This document shows positions 31,667 through 50,099 of a DNA stretch of 64,000 nucleotides, in pieces; position 1 is the first letter of the stretch; every line of letters begins with the position of its first letter. Below the pieces are notes generated by a model that saw nothing but the letters and a program-made list of their open reading frames with translations, made no database searches and had not been told where the DNA came from. Location of the stretch: the NCBI GenBank assembly GCA_039096225.1, contig JBBPEB010000002.1, positions 930,001-994,000 of the forward strand, in the 5' to 3' direction. Source of the DNA: Blastocystis sp. Blastoise. Lineage: Eukaryota > Protista > Bigyra: Opalinata. Position numbers and translations under genes: made by a program.

Positions 31667-32295
31667 GAATAGTATTGATGAGTGCAATGTACTCTTATTA
31701 CCACGGTTATTTCAACAATCTATATATAATCTTCATTTTATTCATGAAGAAGATATTGTAAGTGTAAATAAATATATTTATTATTTACTAGCACAACAAA
31801 ATTGCTGTTTAACTACAATCACATTTCAAGGTAATATATATATAATAAATATATAATAATAAATAAATAAATAAATATAATATATAAATATATCTATATA
31901 TATAGATATGCCATTTCCTTCGTCTTTTTGTTCATCTCTATCAACTTCTCTCTCTTCTTCTATATATACATTATCATTCTATAGTATATATTTATCTATA
32001 AATATTCAAACAATATTATATGTATAGAAATTCAACTGAATAAGAGTAATATCGATTCTATTCAGCATATGCTTGAGAATTCGAAAGAACACTTACCCAA
32101 TCTAAAACTTATTCTTTTTTCAAATTGCACATTTATGACAACTGATAATACTAATATAACAACAACATGCCAATTTAACGTCTCTTCCTCGTCCATTCGT
32201 GTTGTTTTTGAAGTATATTTATATATTTTCTTATCTATACCAAATTCTATGCACTAAAAAATATATAGAATGATTCATCCATTAGTGAAAACTGA
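28143..32295 (+). CDS. Uncharacterised protein with tandem divergent ubiquitin-like domains, an acidic insert and a C-terminal LRR-like region (many short exons)
   Basis: ILYLKQKIQ|RLFGIQTSRQTLYYRNQELTDDYLPLQDLHL is Ubl-like. Similar units follow (CTYNGIHLDES, YIYNGRYLCLNDTI). The C-terminus has LPNLKLILFSNC-type repeats. Internal exon structure is only partly verified. Confidence 0.55.
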
Positions 32296-32738
32296 TAAAT
32301 AGCAAAGAATAACAACGAATTCATTTTTTAACCCCTTTTTATTCTATAAATAATGTTCATCAACATACATAGCTTTCTTCTCATTTCAAATCTTATATAA
32401 ATTAAATAAAACAACTATTTTCTATTCTCCCATCAACGACGTAATCTCCATAAATCATTTTTTAGTTATCAGAGAATATACTCCTTGCTGTCAAGTAACT
32501 GACCACAAATTATTAACCGTTTCAAGTTCATTCACCACTAGAAATTATCCATCAAAATAAAAATTTTTCTTAATAATGAAAATAATTAAAAATAAAGGGG
32601 AATCTTGAGATACAATCACGATTACATTGGAGAAACTTTTTTTTTCATTTCTTGAGTTTCCTCTTTATATATAGATAAACAACTGGGAGAATAAGTAGAC
32701 TTCTTTTATTGTTGTCTTGTTGTAATATACTCTAAACG

Positions 32739-36223
<3,485 letters not shown>

Positions 36224-36444
36224 AAATATTAATTTATTAATTTTTTTTTGTATTTAGTATTTTTACTATTTTATTTTAATTTTTTAAATACATGAATATA
36301 AATATAAATATATTTGCTTGTTACATAATATTTTATTATCATTTGTCATAAAAATCATTTTGTTTTGTTTCAATATTGCTTATCATATAACAACAATTCT
36401 TATTTGATATAACATTAGAACATCAATATAATATTTTATTATTA

Positions 36445-36945
36445 TTCTTTCCTTAAATTTATGAATTTTCAACTTTAAATTGGCTATTATTATTTGAATT
36501 GTTTGTATTCACAAATAATGAAAACTTTTGAATGCTATTCTAAAATATGAATAAATATGTTTTTATTCATGAATTCGTATTATTATGATAATTATCTTTA
36601 ATATCAATATTGCGTTTTTTCACTATCTTTACAAACAAAAGGAGTACCATTAAATGTTTTATTTATCATTTTCATTAGGTAAATAATACGTAACATGAAT
36701 ACTATGTTCATTACGTATTGTAAATAAAAATTCTTTTGAAGGAGATAATTTATAAGTGAAATAATAAATAGATAGAATAATATATATATATTACATGATT
36801 CATACCAACTTGGATCTATATATCCTCTAAATATAATAATATGATTATGATTTATATGCTTAATAAGAGTCACTGTTTCTCCTTTATTATCCCACTATTT
36901 ATGGAATTCTTTCGTAGAATACAAATGATCACTTGATCTATATAA
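36445..36945 (-). pseudogene. 5'-truncated TLDc-domain pseudogene fragment
   Basis: RSSDHLYSTKEFHK*WDNKGETVTLIKHI...IFRGYIDPSW, and later FSLFVNTNNS...FKVENS*. Contains stops and has no upstream BTB-like part. Confidence 0.8.
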
Positions 36946-37164
36946 TGTATAATATATAATAACAAAGCATACAATATATATATATACTATAATTACTACT
37001 ATTATTTATGTTATATTTAGGTATAACTATAGTCAACAAAAAACATAAAATTTCATTTATATATATAATTAATAAAAACGTTATAAATATAATAGATAAA
37101 AACAAAAAATAAATATCACAATATAAAGAAGCAAAAAAACATATATACATAAGAAGTAATATAT

Positions 37165-39283
37165 TTAGTCAAATAAATAATCCACCTTATTTTCCTGTAT
37201 AAATGGTGAATCCTTTAATTGTTGTTTATATATGTCAATTCTTTCTTTTGAAATACTGTCAACTATATTACATAATACCAATATAAATAATTATATACTA
37301 TGGCTAAAAATAACAAATTCTTTCAATTTAGGAAACTTTCTATCAGTAATAAAATTGATAAGTTTTGAAAATTGTTTCTCATCATAAATATCTATAAGAA
37401 TGAATATATATAAATAATTAATATAAATACATAATTTCAAACTTCTAATATTTTGAGTTTTATTGTCATTTATACAATCAAACAACGTTTCTATCTCATA
37501 TTTACTCATCGTTTCATCTAAATAAGTGTATTACTTTTATATGATATATTTATGCCTTTATTACCAATAATTGTATTCATAAATGAATGAGTATCATATT
37601 TACATCGAAGAATAGAATTATTTGGATCATACACATAATCATCATGATCATCATTTTCCGATTCTATAGAATAACACTATTAATAAACATGAATAGAAAC
37701 ATTTTATTTATAACATACTACCAAATCGGACAATACTTGAGGATAGAAAGTTATTATTATTTATATATCTACAAAATATTTTAATAAAATCTAGAAACCA
37801 TTCTTTACCAGCTTTACCTATATATATATATACATATATTATATAATAGAAATAATCATTGTCTAATAAAAACATTTATATATAAATATATATGATTTAT
37901 AATTTAAAACATTATTATTATCATTTTTATTATATACAAAATTTGATAGATTTTAATTGAGGGAAATTTATTGTAGTATATAGTTTACAAAAATTATCAT
38001 CAGGTATATCATCAAATAATAAATCTATATTGATTAACATATTATGATGAAATATATAATAAAGCGTAATTAAAAAATTATATATATTGAATATATATAC
38101 CTAAAATTAATTGAGTTGTATTATGGAAACACCCTTTATGAATTAATCGATTTATAAAAGTTATAGAACAACCTAATAAGAATAACTATTAAATTAATAA
38201 AATAAATTATTATTAATTATATAAATAATTACCTTCTATATAAACACTAGAAGCCTTCGGTATTAATTTCTCTAATATATTCTCATATATATTTAAATAC
38301 TCAGATAATGAATCTTCTTCAATAGACGCTACTATATATATATTCATGTAATTTATAATATAGAATACAATTCATAGTTAATTCACGAATATTATTAAAT
38401 TTATTGTTATTAAAAAGAGTTGATATCCATGTTAAATATTCTATACTCATTGTATAATCACCTATAAACAATATAAAATGCATAATAATAATAAACATAA
38501 TCTTAATAATATATATATCAAGAATATACATAGAACAGTTAAATAATTCAAATTTTGCAATGCATTACTTTTTAAGAATCTTTCTAAAGAATTTCTGATA
38601 TTCATTTCATTAAGACCACTATCATCATCATTATTATTATCTATATATATACAAATATTAGTATTAATATTCATTATAACAATATATCTATTAAATATGA
38701 ATGAATACCCTGAAATTGTATACATAAACTATCAATATTTTGATTATTATTTTCAATAGAATCTAATAGTCTAATAGTTTCAGAATAAAAAAAATCAACT
38801 GTATAGAATACCATATATATAATATAAAATAAAATAAATAACTAAAAGAAAAACTAATTTCATACTATCAAGATAATTAATGGAAATAAGATTTTTCTCT
38901 AATAATTCATTTAAATGCGGAAAACAATTAGCATAACTAGCTATATAAACAGCAAATAAATATAATTAATTATATATATAGTATTATGATATAAAATGTA
39001 TATATATAATACCTATATCTAGATCACTTATATCAATCTGAATTGAATGAGTATAAATTAAATTATCTAAAAGAATCGCTATGGACTCTTTTTGATCGTA
39101 ATCAATATTATGTATATAAATAGTATCAATTCTAGATATTAAATTCACAGGAAATAGATACTCAAAAGATTCAATAACTATATTAAGAATAATAGTTTAT
39201 TTATTAACATATAAATATACTTATTGTAATATTGTAGTTGATAATATGTAATTTTGGGAAACATTCTTTCTTTATTAAAGACA

Positions 39284-39326
<43 letters not shown>

Positions 39327-39442
39327 TATTACTATAATCATCATAGATGAGTTCAGTAACATTAGGAAATACATGTGTTGTCATTATTTTGTCAAATAAA
39401 TTCTCATCAATTTTATTAATAAATTTCTTAACTATATACAAT

Positions 39443-39487
<45 letters not shown>

Positions 39488-41007
39488 TAGAAAATAATAC
39501 TCCATGCAACATTTAATGTAGTTAATGAATCAAAAACGCTTTCTTCTAATAGTTTAAAAACCATAGACTTATTTTGATAATCGAAATCTAAAAGTGAATT
39601 ATTCTATTTATTTTATATATTTATTTACCTTCATTTAAAATAATTTTGGAAATAAACAAATAAGAAGGAAGGAGTAATAATTGAGATATACCATGTTTAG
39701 ATGATATTTTATTAATTCTATTTAAGATATTAGTATAAATGCATTATAAAAAATATAATATTATTATATACGTGAATGTTTTATCACTTGTTTTATCTAT
39801 ATATAATAATAAAAAAATAAAAAATTCTATAATATATATATACCAGTATATTTAATCATGACTATATCTTTTAATACATATCCATCTTCTATTTCATGAA
39901 TTTCAAAATTTAGATTATTATTTGTATATATAGCTTCATTAACTACATATTTATATAATTTTGGTAGTTCAGTTTTTCGTCTTTTTCCATTATAGGAATC
40001 AATAGAATTATGGTAATAATAATGTGAACTCTTAAGAATTAAAGAAGAAATCTTATCATATTCATTCATATCGGTTTCAGTATAATACTCATATTTTTCT
40101 GAATCATCTATTTTATAATCATTTTCATTAAATAAACGAATATATTCCATTATATATTCATCACTATTTGGATTTAATAATTGATTAGTTTTCTTATAAT
40201 GCGTATTTACTATATAAATAAGATATATAAATACATATATATATTTATACCAGCTATATTTATTTCTTTTAAAGATGGGAATATATCTTTAATACATGAC
40301 GGACATATATATTCTACTGGAATAGTCGATGAATAATCATCTATATATAGTTTATTTTTATTATTATATATATTTACAAGTAATTTCAACTTTAGTAATA
40401 TTCATCATTTTAATAAGAAGAGAATAATATAAGAATTCATCTTTTCGTTGAGGTGTTATTAATCCTAGATATATATATAATATTATTTATATGAAATATT
40501 TATATATATACCATTAATAAATATTTTTTTCTCTTCTAAACTGAATAAATCCATAGGCATATGTGATTTAAAATAATTACAATAACATCCATCTATATCA
40601 TAATTATTCTCATTTAAATAATTATAAAATAATTGTTTAATATGTATTAAAAAATCACTTTGAATTCCTTTATCAATAGTAACTGAGTAGTCAACAAGTG
40701 TTTGATATATATCGTAACTCTCTTTCAAATTTAATGAAGAAATATCCTTGTTATCGTCAATTAACAAATCAATCACGTTTTTCATTGAAGAAAAAGGCAT
40801 ATCTATATAATAACTACCATCCTCATATTTCTCAGAGTGTTGAATAATATCATAAAAGGGTAATTGGTGATATCTCTCAATAAAATCTCTAGAAATCCAT
40901 AATTTCGTCTCATCTTGAAAAGTAAATAAATTTGAAAGAAAATAAATAATTTATATTCTTATTTGCATACATTTATCTTCAGACAACTGTAATTCAACGT
41001 TTGACAT
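37165..41007 (-). CDS. BTB-like plus LRR-like repeat protein, copy 1 (many exons)
   Basis: N-terminal LWISRDFIERYHQLPFYDII..SEKYEDGSYYIDMP resembles a KCTD-type BTB domain. CPSC motif. Recurrent FPxLxxIxI units (FPSLKEINI, FPNVTELIY, FPKLHIINY, FPQLKSIKF, FPKLKEFVI). The exons I checked join in frame. The gene is clear; the domain calls are inferred. Confidence 0.7.
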
Positions 41008-41287
41008 GGTATCAATTGAACTATAATGACATAATGAGATCAAAAATCATGATAAAAAGTAGGTATATATTAAATATACATTAAACAATTGCTAAAGACT
41101 TTCTCAAATAAATTAAGATTAATATAGGCTACCAAGAAAACAGAATAATATGTTTTCAATTTTTTTTTGATAGATTATGAAAATTATGAAAAATAGCTGA
41201 CAGATTATTTTATTCCTTAGATTATTTTTTTGCAAGTTTTAGATACATTTTTATTTATATTTTCTTCATTTTTAATTATATTTTACA
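41008..41287. promoter_or_regulatory. Conserved bidirectional spacer/promoter between the divergent pair, copy 1
   Basis: 280 bp between two ATGs, alignable with 59547-59832 (shared ATAATGAGATCAAAAAT, AAACAGAATAATAT, ATGAAAATTATGAAAAATAGCTGACA, TTTTATTCCTTAGATTATTT, TTTGCAAGTT). Confidence 0.75.
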
Positions 41288-43509
41288 ATGATAAAAGAAG
41301 GTGTTTTATTTGATTTAGATTCTTTGAATCAAGTTAAAGAAGCTGTTAGTGGTTTAGATGAGTTGATGAAGAAGGTAGTTGAAGGATTCACTTCTATCCT
41401 TTCTTTGACACTTTATTCTGGTCAAAAACTTCAAAATGCTCTTAATAATCTAGATGAAGATTGTATTCAAAGAGGAAGTGATAAATTCTCAAAATTGAAG
41501 CATTTTCTTGATAATGCTACAGGAAAAGCTACTGCAATAATGAATATGAATAATACAAATGATACTGAGCTTATTCGTTTTTCTGGAAATGGTCCTTTGT
41601 TTTCATTATCGAAAAGAATTATCAATTCGATCCCTTATTCCTATATTTATGAGCAATCTGAAGAAGAATTGAGAACAAATGATGGAACTATATTTCTTGA
41701 TTATCGAGGAAACGATGCATCCGTTTATTATTTAATAGATTACTTGAATGGTAAAGTTGTAGATTATAGTCAAATTAAGTTTCGAGAACAATTAAAGTTG
41801 CTAGAGTTATTTGAATTTTGTAATTTACCAATTCCTATAGAATTATTAGATTGTAGAGAAAAAAGAGATAAAAAACAAAAAAAGTATGAAAAAGGTGATG
41901 AAGTCTCTCTTTTTATTAATGGAACAGAAAATGATACGATTAAGAATTATTTAATAAAGAATAATTTATGGGAAGATTATATAATGAGATATAAGAATGG
42001 ATATGTTGATTATGATTATATAAATGATATTAGGTCTATAAATGTTAGCTATAAGTATATGAAGTATATTACTGAATATATGGAAAATGGTTATCTTGAT
42101 ATAAAAGAAGAAGAAATAAAGAATATAGATATCAGTCTATTAGAGAATGAAATGTATAACGTATTTGGTGATCAAGGAAGAGAAGCTACAAATAGAAATA
42201 TGATGGGAAACCCAGATATATTTAAAGACTCAAAGATTATTAATAAAAAATGCTATGAAACTCATTTAGTAAATTGGATAGGTCAAGAAAAGAAATGGAA
42301 ATTATTATTTAGAGCAAGTGACCATGATTTTAAAGCAAGTGAATTCCATAAATATTGTGATAATAAATGTCCTACTGTAACTATTATTAAACACATAGGT
42401 CATAATAAAAGAATTAATATATTTGGAGGATATACTACTCAATATTGGGAATCTAGAAGTGAAAATTGTAAATATATATATTATTATTATTTAAAATTAT
42501 AATACAATATAGTTTGGAAATATGATAGTGGGTCTTTCTTATTTACATTAAGTAATGAGCATGATATTCCTCCTACTAAATATGATATACTTGATCCTTT
42601 TAATGCATTATATTGTGATAAGAATAGTGGCCCTTGTTTTCTAGATATAAGTATTGAAGAGGATTGTCATAATAACAACGATAGTTATGTTAATGGTAAG
42701 ACTGGTGTATATTCTCATAGTCTTACTCCTCAATTTCGATCTTTATTTGTGAATACAGCTGGATTACAAGATAAAAATAATTTTATTGTTGATGAATATG
42801 AAGTCTATGAATTAATACCAAATCCTGATTTATATTTACCCAATTCAATTCTTATTACTAAAGAAATGGGTTTTGAGTTAAGTAAATGGTTTGATGAAGA
42901 TAAAGAATGGAGATTATTATATAGGTAAATTCTATTATTTTTTATAATATTATATATAGATGTTCTGATGAGAAAAGAAGTGTAAAGAAATGGCATGAGA
43001 AATGTGATGATAAAGAATCATTAGTAATTATACAAGGAAAAGGAAAAGATGGTCAATCGTATATATTTGGAGGATATACTAGTGTTGGTTGGGGAAAAAA
43101 TCATAGAGATTATCAAAATCCATTTCGAGGTATGTATATTGAATAAATAAGTATTTTTATATATATAGAAGGTACAGGATTTAGAGCAGATTCAAAAGCC
43201 TTTTTATTTTCATTAACAAATCCACATGGACATAATTATACGAAATTAGATATTAATCCTGACTATACAAATAGTGCATTAATAAGTAATGATTCTATTT
43301 CAGAACTCATATTTTGTCGTGGTATATATTTATGTACTCAAATTGATAAAGATCGATTTACAAATGGTAGTAATGAATTTTTATTTAATGAAGATCCCGT
43401 ATATATATCTCCTTATCCTGAATTAGGAAATAGTTTCTTTGTTAATACTAATAAACCTGATGAAAGAAATGAATTTGATTTAATTGATTTTGAAGTGTTT
43501 ACGAGTTAG
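41288..43509 (+). CDS. BTB-like plus tandem TLDc-TLDc protein (gene A), 4 exons
   Basis: BTB-like LIRFSGNGPLFSLSKRII...DGTIFLDY...YLIDYLNG. TLDc1 WKLLFRASDHDFKASEFHKYCDNK...IFGGYT...FLFTL...EYEVY. TLDc2 WRLLYR...WHEKCDDK...IFGGYTSVGW...AFLFSLTNP...DFEVF. TAG at 43507-43509. Confidence 0.88.
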
Positions 43510-44096
43510 TCATAAAAAAAAATTATCAAAAGCATTTATCTTCTTTTTTAAATCTTTTTTATTATTTGTTCTCTTAAATCTTTTTTATTCATATTAACGT
43601 ATATGTCATTAATAGAATTTATATGTATATATATACAGTTCATATATATATTTTCTTTATTATATACTATATATATTTATATCTATTGTTTTATGCAATA
43701 TTTTCAATATTATTCTTATTAAAATATATATTTCTTTTAGAATTATTAATTTCACAATGTATAACTTTTTTTGTTATGATAATTATTTATTATATAATAT
43801 ACTATTCATTCACATTAAAAAGGCATGAATCATAAATAATATCTAACAGTAAGGACATTAAAATATTATATTATTATATAAATTAACTAAAATGTTTAGA
43901 TATCTTTTTTATGATACCAATGATATGTAAATTCTATTATATATTCACAATTACTAAACATATAAGAAACACAAACAAATAAAAATGATGATAAAAAACT
44001 TGTAATAAGTAATAATACAAATATAAAAATATATATTTTCAGAGTATTTCAAATAGATTCATTCATATAGTAGAAAACAAATATATATATAATATA

Positions 44097-45685
44097 TTAA
44101 GCTCTTCCCCAGACTTCATAATCTTCAACTTGAAAGTAATTCTCTTCATCTGGACCAGCAGTATTTACAAATAAGCAATTATTTTGAGGAGTAAGTCGTT
44201 CTGCATAACGTTCTGCCTTACAATGAGAATTTAAGTTAGTATGATATCTATCAGATATAAGAATATCGAAGAAAAGTCCAAAAACTGGTCCATAAGTAGG
44301 AAAACAAGTTATACCAGTTGTTCGTATTGTACTATCATATACATATTTAGTAGGAGGAATGCCATGCTCATTACTTAAGGTAAATAAAAATTCTTTTGAA
44401 TAAGGTTTGATACCTATATATAGTGAATGAAATATTCATATAATAATATATACATCCTGTTTTAGGGGATTCCCAACTTTGATCTGTATATCCTCCAAAT
44501 ATATTTAGATAATCATCATGACCTATATGTTTAATTAGAGTTACTGTTTCTCCTTTATTATCACAACACTTATGAAATGATTTTGCAGAATAATTGTGTT
44601 CACTTGCTCTATATATCATTTAATAAATAAAATATAACATAGAATGAATACATATACCTATATAATAATTTCCATTTCTTTTCTTTACCTAACCAATTCA
44701 CTAAAGGTATTTCAAAATGACTCACTTTATTAATAATGATAGATTCCAAAAAATATCCACGTATTAAGTTTTTATCTGATTCTTCTCTTCCTTTTTCACC
44801 AAATAATTCAACCATTTCTTTCTCAAATAATTCCTTATTAATATCAATAAGCTTATCTTCTTCTATATCTATAGTTTCATTCTCTATATATTCATTTATA
44901 TATTCAATATAATCATATTTCTTATTCATATATAAACTATTATCAATAGGATTATAATTAATAAATCCATTATCATAATTATTAACATAATTATTCCATA
45001 ATCCATTCTTAACTAAATAGTCTTTAATACTATCATTCTTCTTTCCATTAATAATCAAAGAAACTTCATCTCCTTCTTCATATTTCTTCATCTTTGTATC
45101 TCTTCTTTCTCTACAATCTATTAATTCTAAAGGAATAGGTAAACCACAATATTCAAATAAATCTAATATTTCTAATTATTCTTCATAAGAAAAAGAATCA
45201 AAATCTACTTTCTTTCCATTCAAATAATCTAATAAATAATAAATAAAAGCATCTTGACCTTCATAACAAAGAAAGATAGTTCCATCATTCGTTCTTTTTT
45301 CTTCTTCTCGTTGATCATCTATAAAAGAACCTTTCAATGAATCTAAAACAGATTTCGATATTTGAAATATAGGACCATTATTGGTAAATCGTATCAAATC
45401 CATATCATTATCATATTTATCATCCATATTGACATTCATATTCTCATTATTATTACTTTCATAAACACATTTCTTTTCAAATTCATTTCTTTCACCTTCT
45501 TTTTCAATAAAATCATCTCCAATATGTTTTATAAGTCTATTTATCGATATTCCAGAATGTATTCCAAGATTCATTACTGATCCAAATACATTAACAACGT
45601 CTTTCATCAATTCTTCATATACATTAATATCCTCCTTCAATCTATTAAATTTATCAATATCAAATAACACCTTTTCTTTCACCAT
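44097..45685 (-). pseudogene. BTB-like plus TLDc gene (gene B) with one in-frame TAA
   Basis: ORFs 45176..45694 and 44609..45091 are in the same frame, separated by TAA at 45176-45178 where the paralogue has CAA (SYEEQLE). The rest, including the TLDc ending EDYEVWGRA, appears intact. Confidence 0.8.
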
Positions 45686-45958
45686 TTTCAACAAATAAAG
45701 TAATATATCGAATTAAAAATTTCAAAAAAATTCCCTTTGAAAAATTTGTTTTGAGAGTTGTAGTTTTTTACAAAAGATTTAGATTTTCACTTAATAACTT
45801 ACATTTTCACATTATTATATAACCTATGAACTTGTTGCAACATTGTGAATATGAATCTATGGTATTAGATTTCCTTTCTGTTGCAAATGAAAAATGGTTT
45901 AACCTAGAAATAGTAATTTTATTATTAAACTATATGTATCAAATCATAAATATAGTTT

Positions 45959-48900
45959 ATGAACCAGGAAGCAAAGAAATATTATAATTTGAATACTTCT
46001 GGTATAAGATTTGAGAGAGAAATGAGTCAAACTAAAATATGTGATTATTTTATAAATGAAGGAGATACTTACTACATTTGTAATACATGCAGCATGTCGC
46101 CAAACCTAGTATTTTGCAAAAAATGTTGGAATGAAGCAAATCATGTTGTATTTTTTATATTCTTAATGAATAACAAATTAGGGTCATGATTATCATGAAG
46201 TATTATGTGAGAATAAAGAATCGTATTGCCATTGTGGTCTATTCAATATAAAATATGATGGATATTGCGAGAATCATAAAAAAATTTATGACCATTTCTT
46301 TTCTTCAGAAGTGATTAAACCTATGTATATATATAAATTATTATTATTATCATTATACTTTTATTTATTATTAATCTTTAATTAAATATGATTAGATCAT
46401 TACAATGGTATGAAACCTATTGTCATTTCTGTATATATGCATTATTTTATTATACAAAAATATCAAATGATAAATACCGTTTTTTAGTATGATAATAATT
46501 ATTTATGTATATATATATATATACAATATAGAAGGCAATATCAATAATGAATTCATTAATTTTATTATGTGAATCAGATCTATCTATATATACATATATA
46601 TGTACCTTCTTCTCTTCTTCTATAGAGAAACATAATTCTCTATTTAATAAGAAAATAGTCGACATCGATCGTTCGTTCTTAACTCTTATTACTATAAAAG
46701 ATCAAGCACCTTTCACTTTGTTATTACTTATTAACTGTTTTATTTGTGAAGATAAAACATATCAAGTATAGTCTTCTAAATCAATAATAATCTAATTATA
46801 TATTATTATATATAGGACATTTGTAGATATTTTTTATGTTTGCTTTTTAAAGATCCATCTTTTCTTAATCTGTTTTTTACATTATTTCCTTTATTCTTAT
46901 GGTATTCCAGTATAAACTATTTAAATTTTGATAGTATATATATATTTTATTCTATTATTACTTTTATAAATTAAGTATATATGTTTCATTATTTCTGTAA
47001 TTATAGATCAAATGAATCTAACAGAATCGTTTTATTTGAATCAAAGTTATGGTTTTTCAATATTATCAAGTTATTTCGATTTTTATGATTTTGATCAATT
47101 TAAGAATTCTTCTTCATTTTCTATTATTCACATTGCTGCTCTTCCTGATTTATATACATATATAAATGATACAACTAATTATACTCCTCAACAACAGTAT
47201 TTTAGACTTATTCAGTATATAATTAATAAAGTTGTGCATGTAGCAGTTAAGAATGCTTGTATATATATTATATTTAATTATACTGTATATTACATGCTAT
47301 TACATAGTAATTCAAAATAAACCAAGAATATTTATTATAAATATTTTGTTACAGTTGTATTACTGTAATCACAATGAATTGATGCCTTATATGTATATTG
47401 ATAAATACACTTTAACTATAGAAGAATCAATACTTGACACTTTTTTATGTATTCATGTATGTAAATATAATAAATATAATAAATATAATAAATATAATTA
47501 ATATATTAAATATATAAAACAATACATAACACATATAATAAATATAGTCCATCCTATCAGGTGATACTGATAATAGAAATAAACTACTTTATACTACCCT
47601 CATAGAATGTGGAGAATATTATTCTTTATGTGATACACTTAGAAATCTATTCTATTCTATATATAATGATATTAAGGCTTTTATCCATGTATACTATATT
47701 ATATATATATTATATTATTATTGTATATAGAAATCAACAAAAGAAGAGTCAATTACATTATTAACAAATGTTATTACAATATATAATAAGATATTACTTG
47801 GTGATATTCGAAAATGTTATAATCTAAATCAGAATAATGAATATAATATTGTTCAGATTTTTATTGTTATATTATCCATGATTTTGTATGTTTATATTTA
47901 ATAATTTTTATTCTCATTTATAATCTATATTATTATAATGAAAATAATTATTTTATAACATGAGATATATATATATATAGATCTGAGATTTATAGTTGTT
48001 TTGGTGTTTGTAAATTACCCTTAGAAATTCATTCTACATTATTCTTTATTTATCATATATCATTAAGTCAATTTCTATATATATTTCATTTGATCTCTCT
48101 TAATGATGATAATGATGATAAAAATAATTATTTAGATCTATTTGCTAGTTCAATTCAATATCATTTTTTAAGTATAGCTGAATATTATGGTATCTTACTT
48201 CAAGTATATTATTTATGTACATATTATTTAAATTTAGTTACTTTATTGTTATTATTACTATATATATATAGATTCTTCCATTATATATAAATGAATATGA
48301 TTCTATGACTTTATTCTTATGGTATATATACAAATGATATAATTATTTAGAAAAGAAAGAAATCTATAAGGATATTAATATGCTATATAATGATATACAA
48401 GAATTATATAAGTTATTTTCTGTAGTTGATATACATAATTATATAAATGAAATATGTCCATTTGTGACATTATATGATGTTATACGTTTATTATTATGTA
48501 TTCAATATGATCCTTGCTATACTCTTGATAATTATGTATATAAATATATATCTATTTCTTTATTATATATATATATATATATTTAGTTCATAGCAAAGAA
48601 CAAATTATCATCATTATTTTTTAAAAAACATTCTCCAAATAAAGATATATCATTAATTGTGAAAAGAAAATCAAATGCTTCTATTGACATACCAAGTGTA
48701 CCAGATGTAAACCATATATATATATTATATTATACTTATTATGTTAATAACATTATAGTATTTGCAATACATAATATATGATTATGTTTTTCAATCTGAA
48801 TATGATGATCAAACAAAAATGTATCATTATTTATTTATTTATTATAAACATTGCTTTCTAGAAGTCATCTGTTGTACGCTATAAAAGCAACTGAGAATCA

Positions 48901-50065
48901 AAATATATATAATATATATCTATTTCAATTGTTGTTCTTTAACCATGATTATTACCATGATGTATACATAATATATAATATATAATATATAATATATAGA
49001 ATTACTTGAATAATAATCCTGATTTGATATATATTCCTTCTTCACATTCAAAACTAAAGTATATATATATCAATAGTATTATTTACATATTTTATACTAT
49101 ATTTAGGACTTATATTGATTCTCCATTCTATTTAACTTATATAACATATTACATACAACATATAATGTCTAATGAAAATGAAGAATCTATAAGAATAATG
49201 GAACTTTTATATCTTCTTTTCTTTTATATTAAAAGTATATATATATATATATTCATAAAAATATATTATTATTATTAAATATATATATATATATAGATTC
49301 CCCTATTGATCCAATAGAATTATCTAAAAATACAATAATAAATGAGGTATAGATATTTTTTTATTATTAATTTTATATATATAGTTTTTAAAACATAATA
49401 TAAGTGAAGGAATCACTATTTATATTCAGCATTTATCAGCTGTCATTCAGCTATTAATTCAAACTCATAAAAGTTTCAATAAGTATAAAATCATTAATTC
49501 TTTTCTATATAGATAGACTAATAGAAGAATATGATACAACTAATGCACAAGTAATATAAATATATTACTTATATATTATATATTTATAGAATGATTATAT
49601 AAAATCTGATCTTATCAAACCCAGTTTCAATACAGGTATGTATATAAATGTAAATATTAAATATATATATAGATAATATTATATGTGCTGCATGTATGAA
49701 AAGAGGAGGTTTGTTTGTACTTCCAGTATATATAAGTAATCAATGTCAACAAAGTATATATATATTATTATAATATATAACAAGTATTTATGCATATATA
49801 TATAGCCGATTCCTATTCATTTCAGTTTATATTAAATAAATTCATGAATAATTTATGTAAATATTTATTTTAATATATAACAAACATTTAATAGAAAATA
49901 TATATATAAATTTCTCTAGTTAATGATAATCATTCTGAATATTCCAATTCATATACTATTTATAAGAATTTTTATCATTGTATTCATAAAAATCTTTTTC
50001 ACAGATGGTTTGATTTTAGTGTTCATGTAATTATTATTAAAAATATTATTATTGAATAAAAAGAT

Positions 50066-50099
<34 letters not shown>

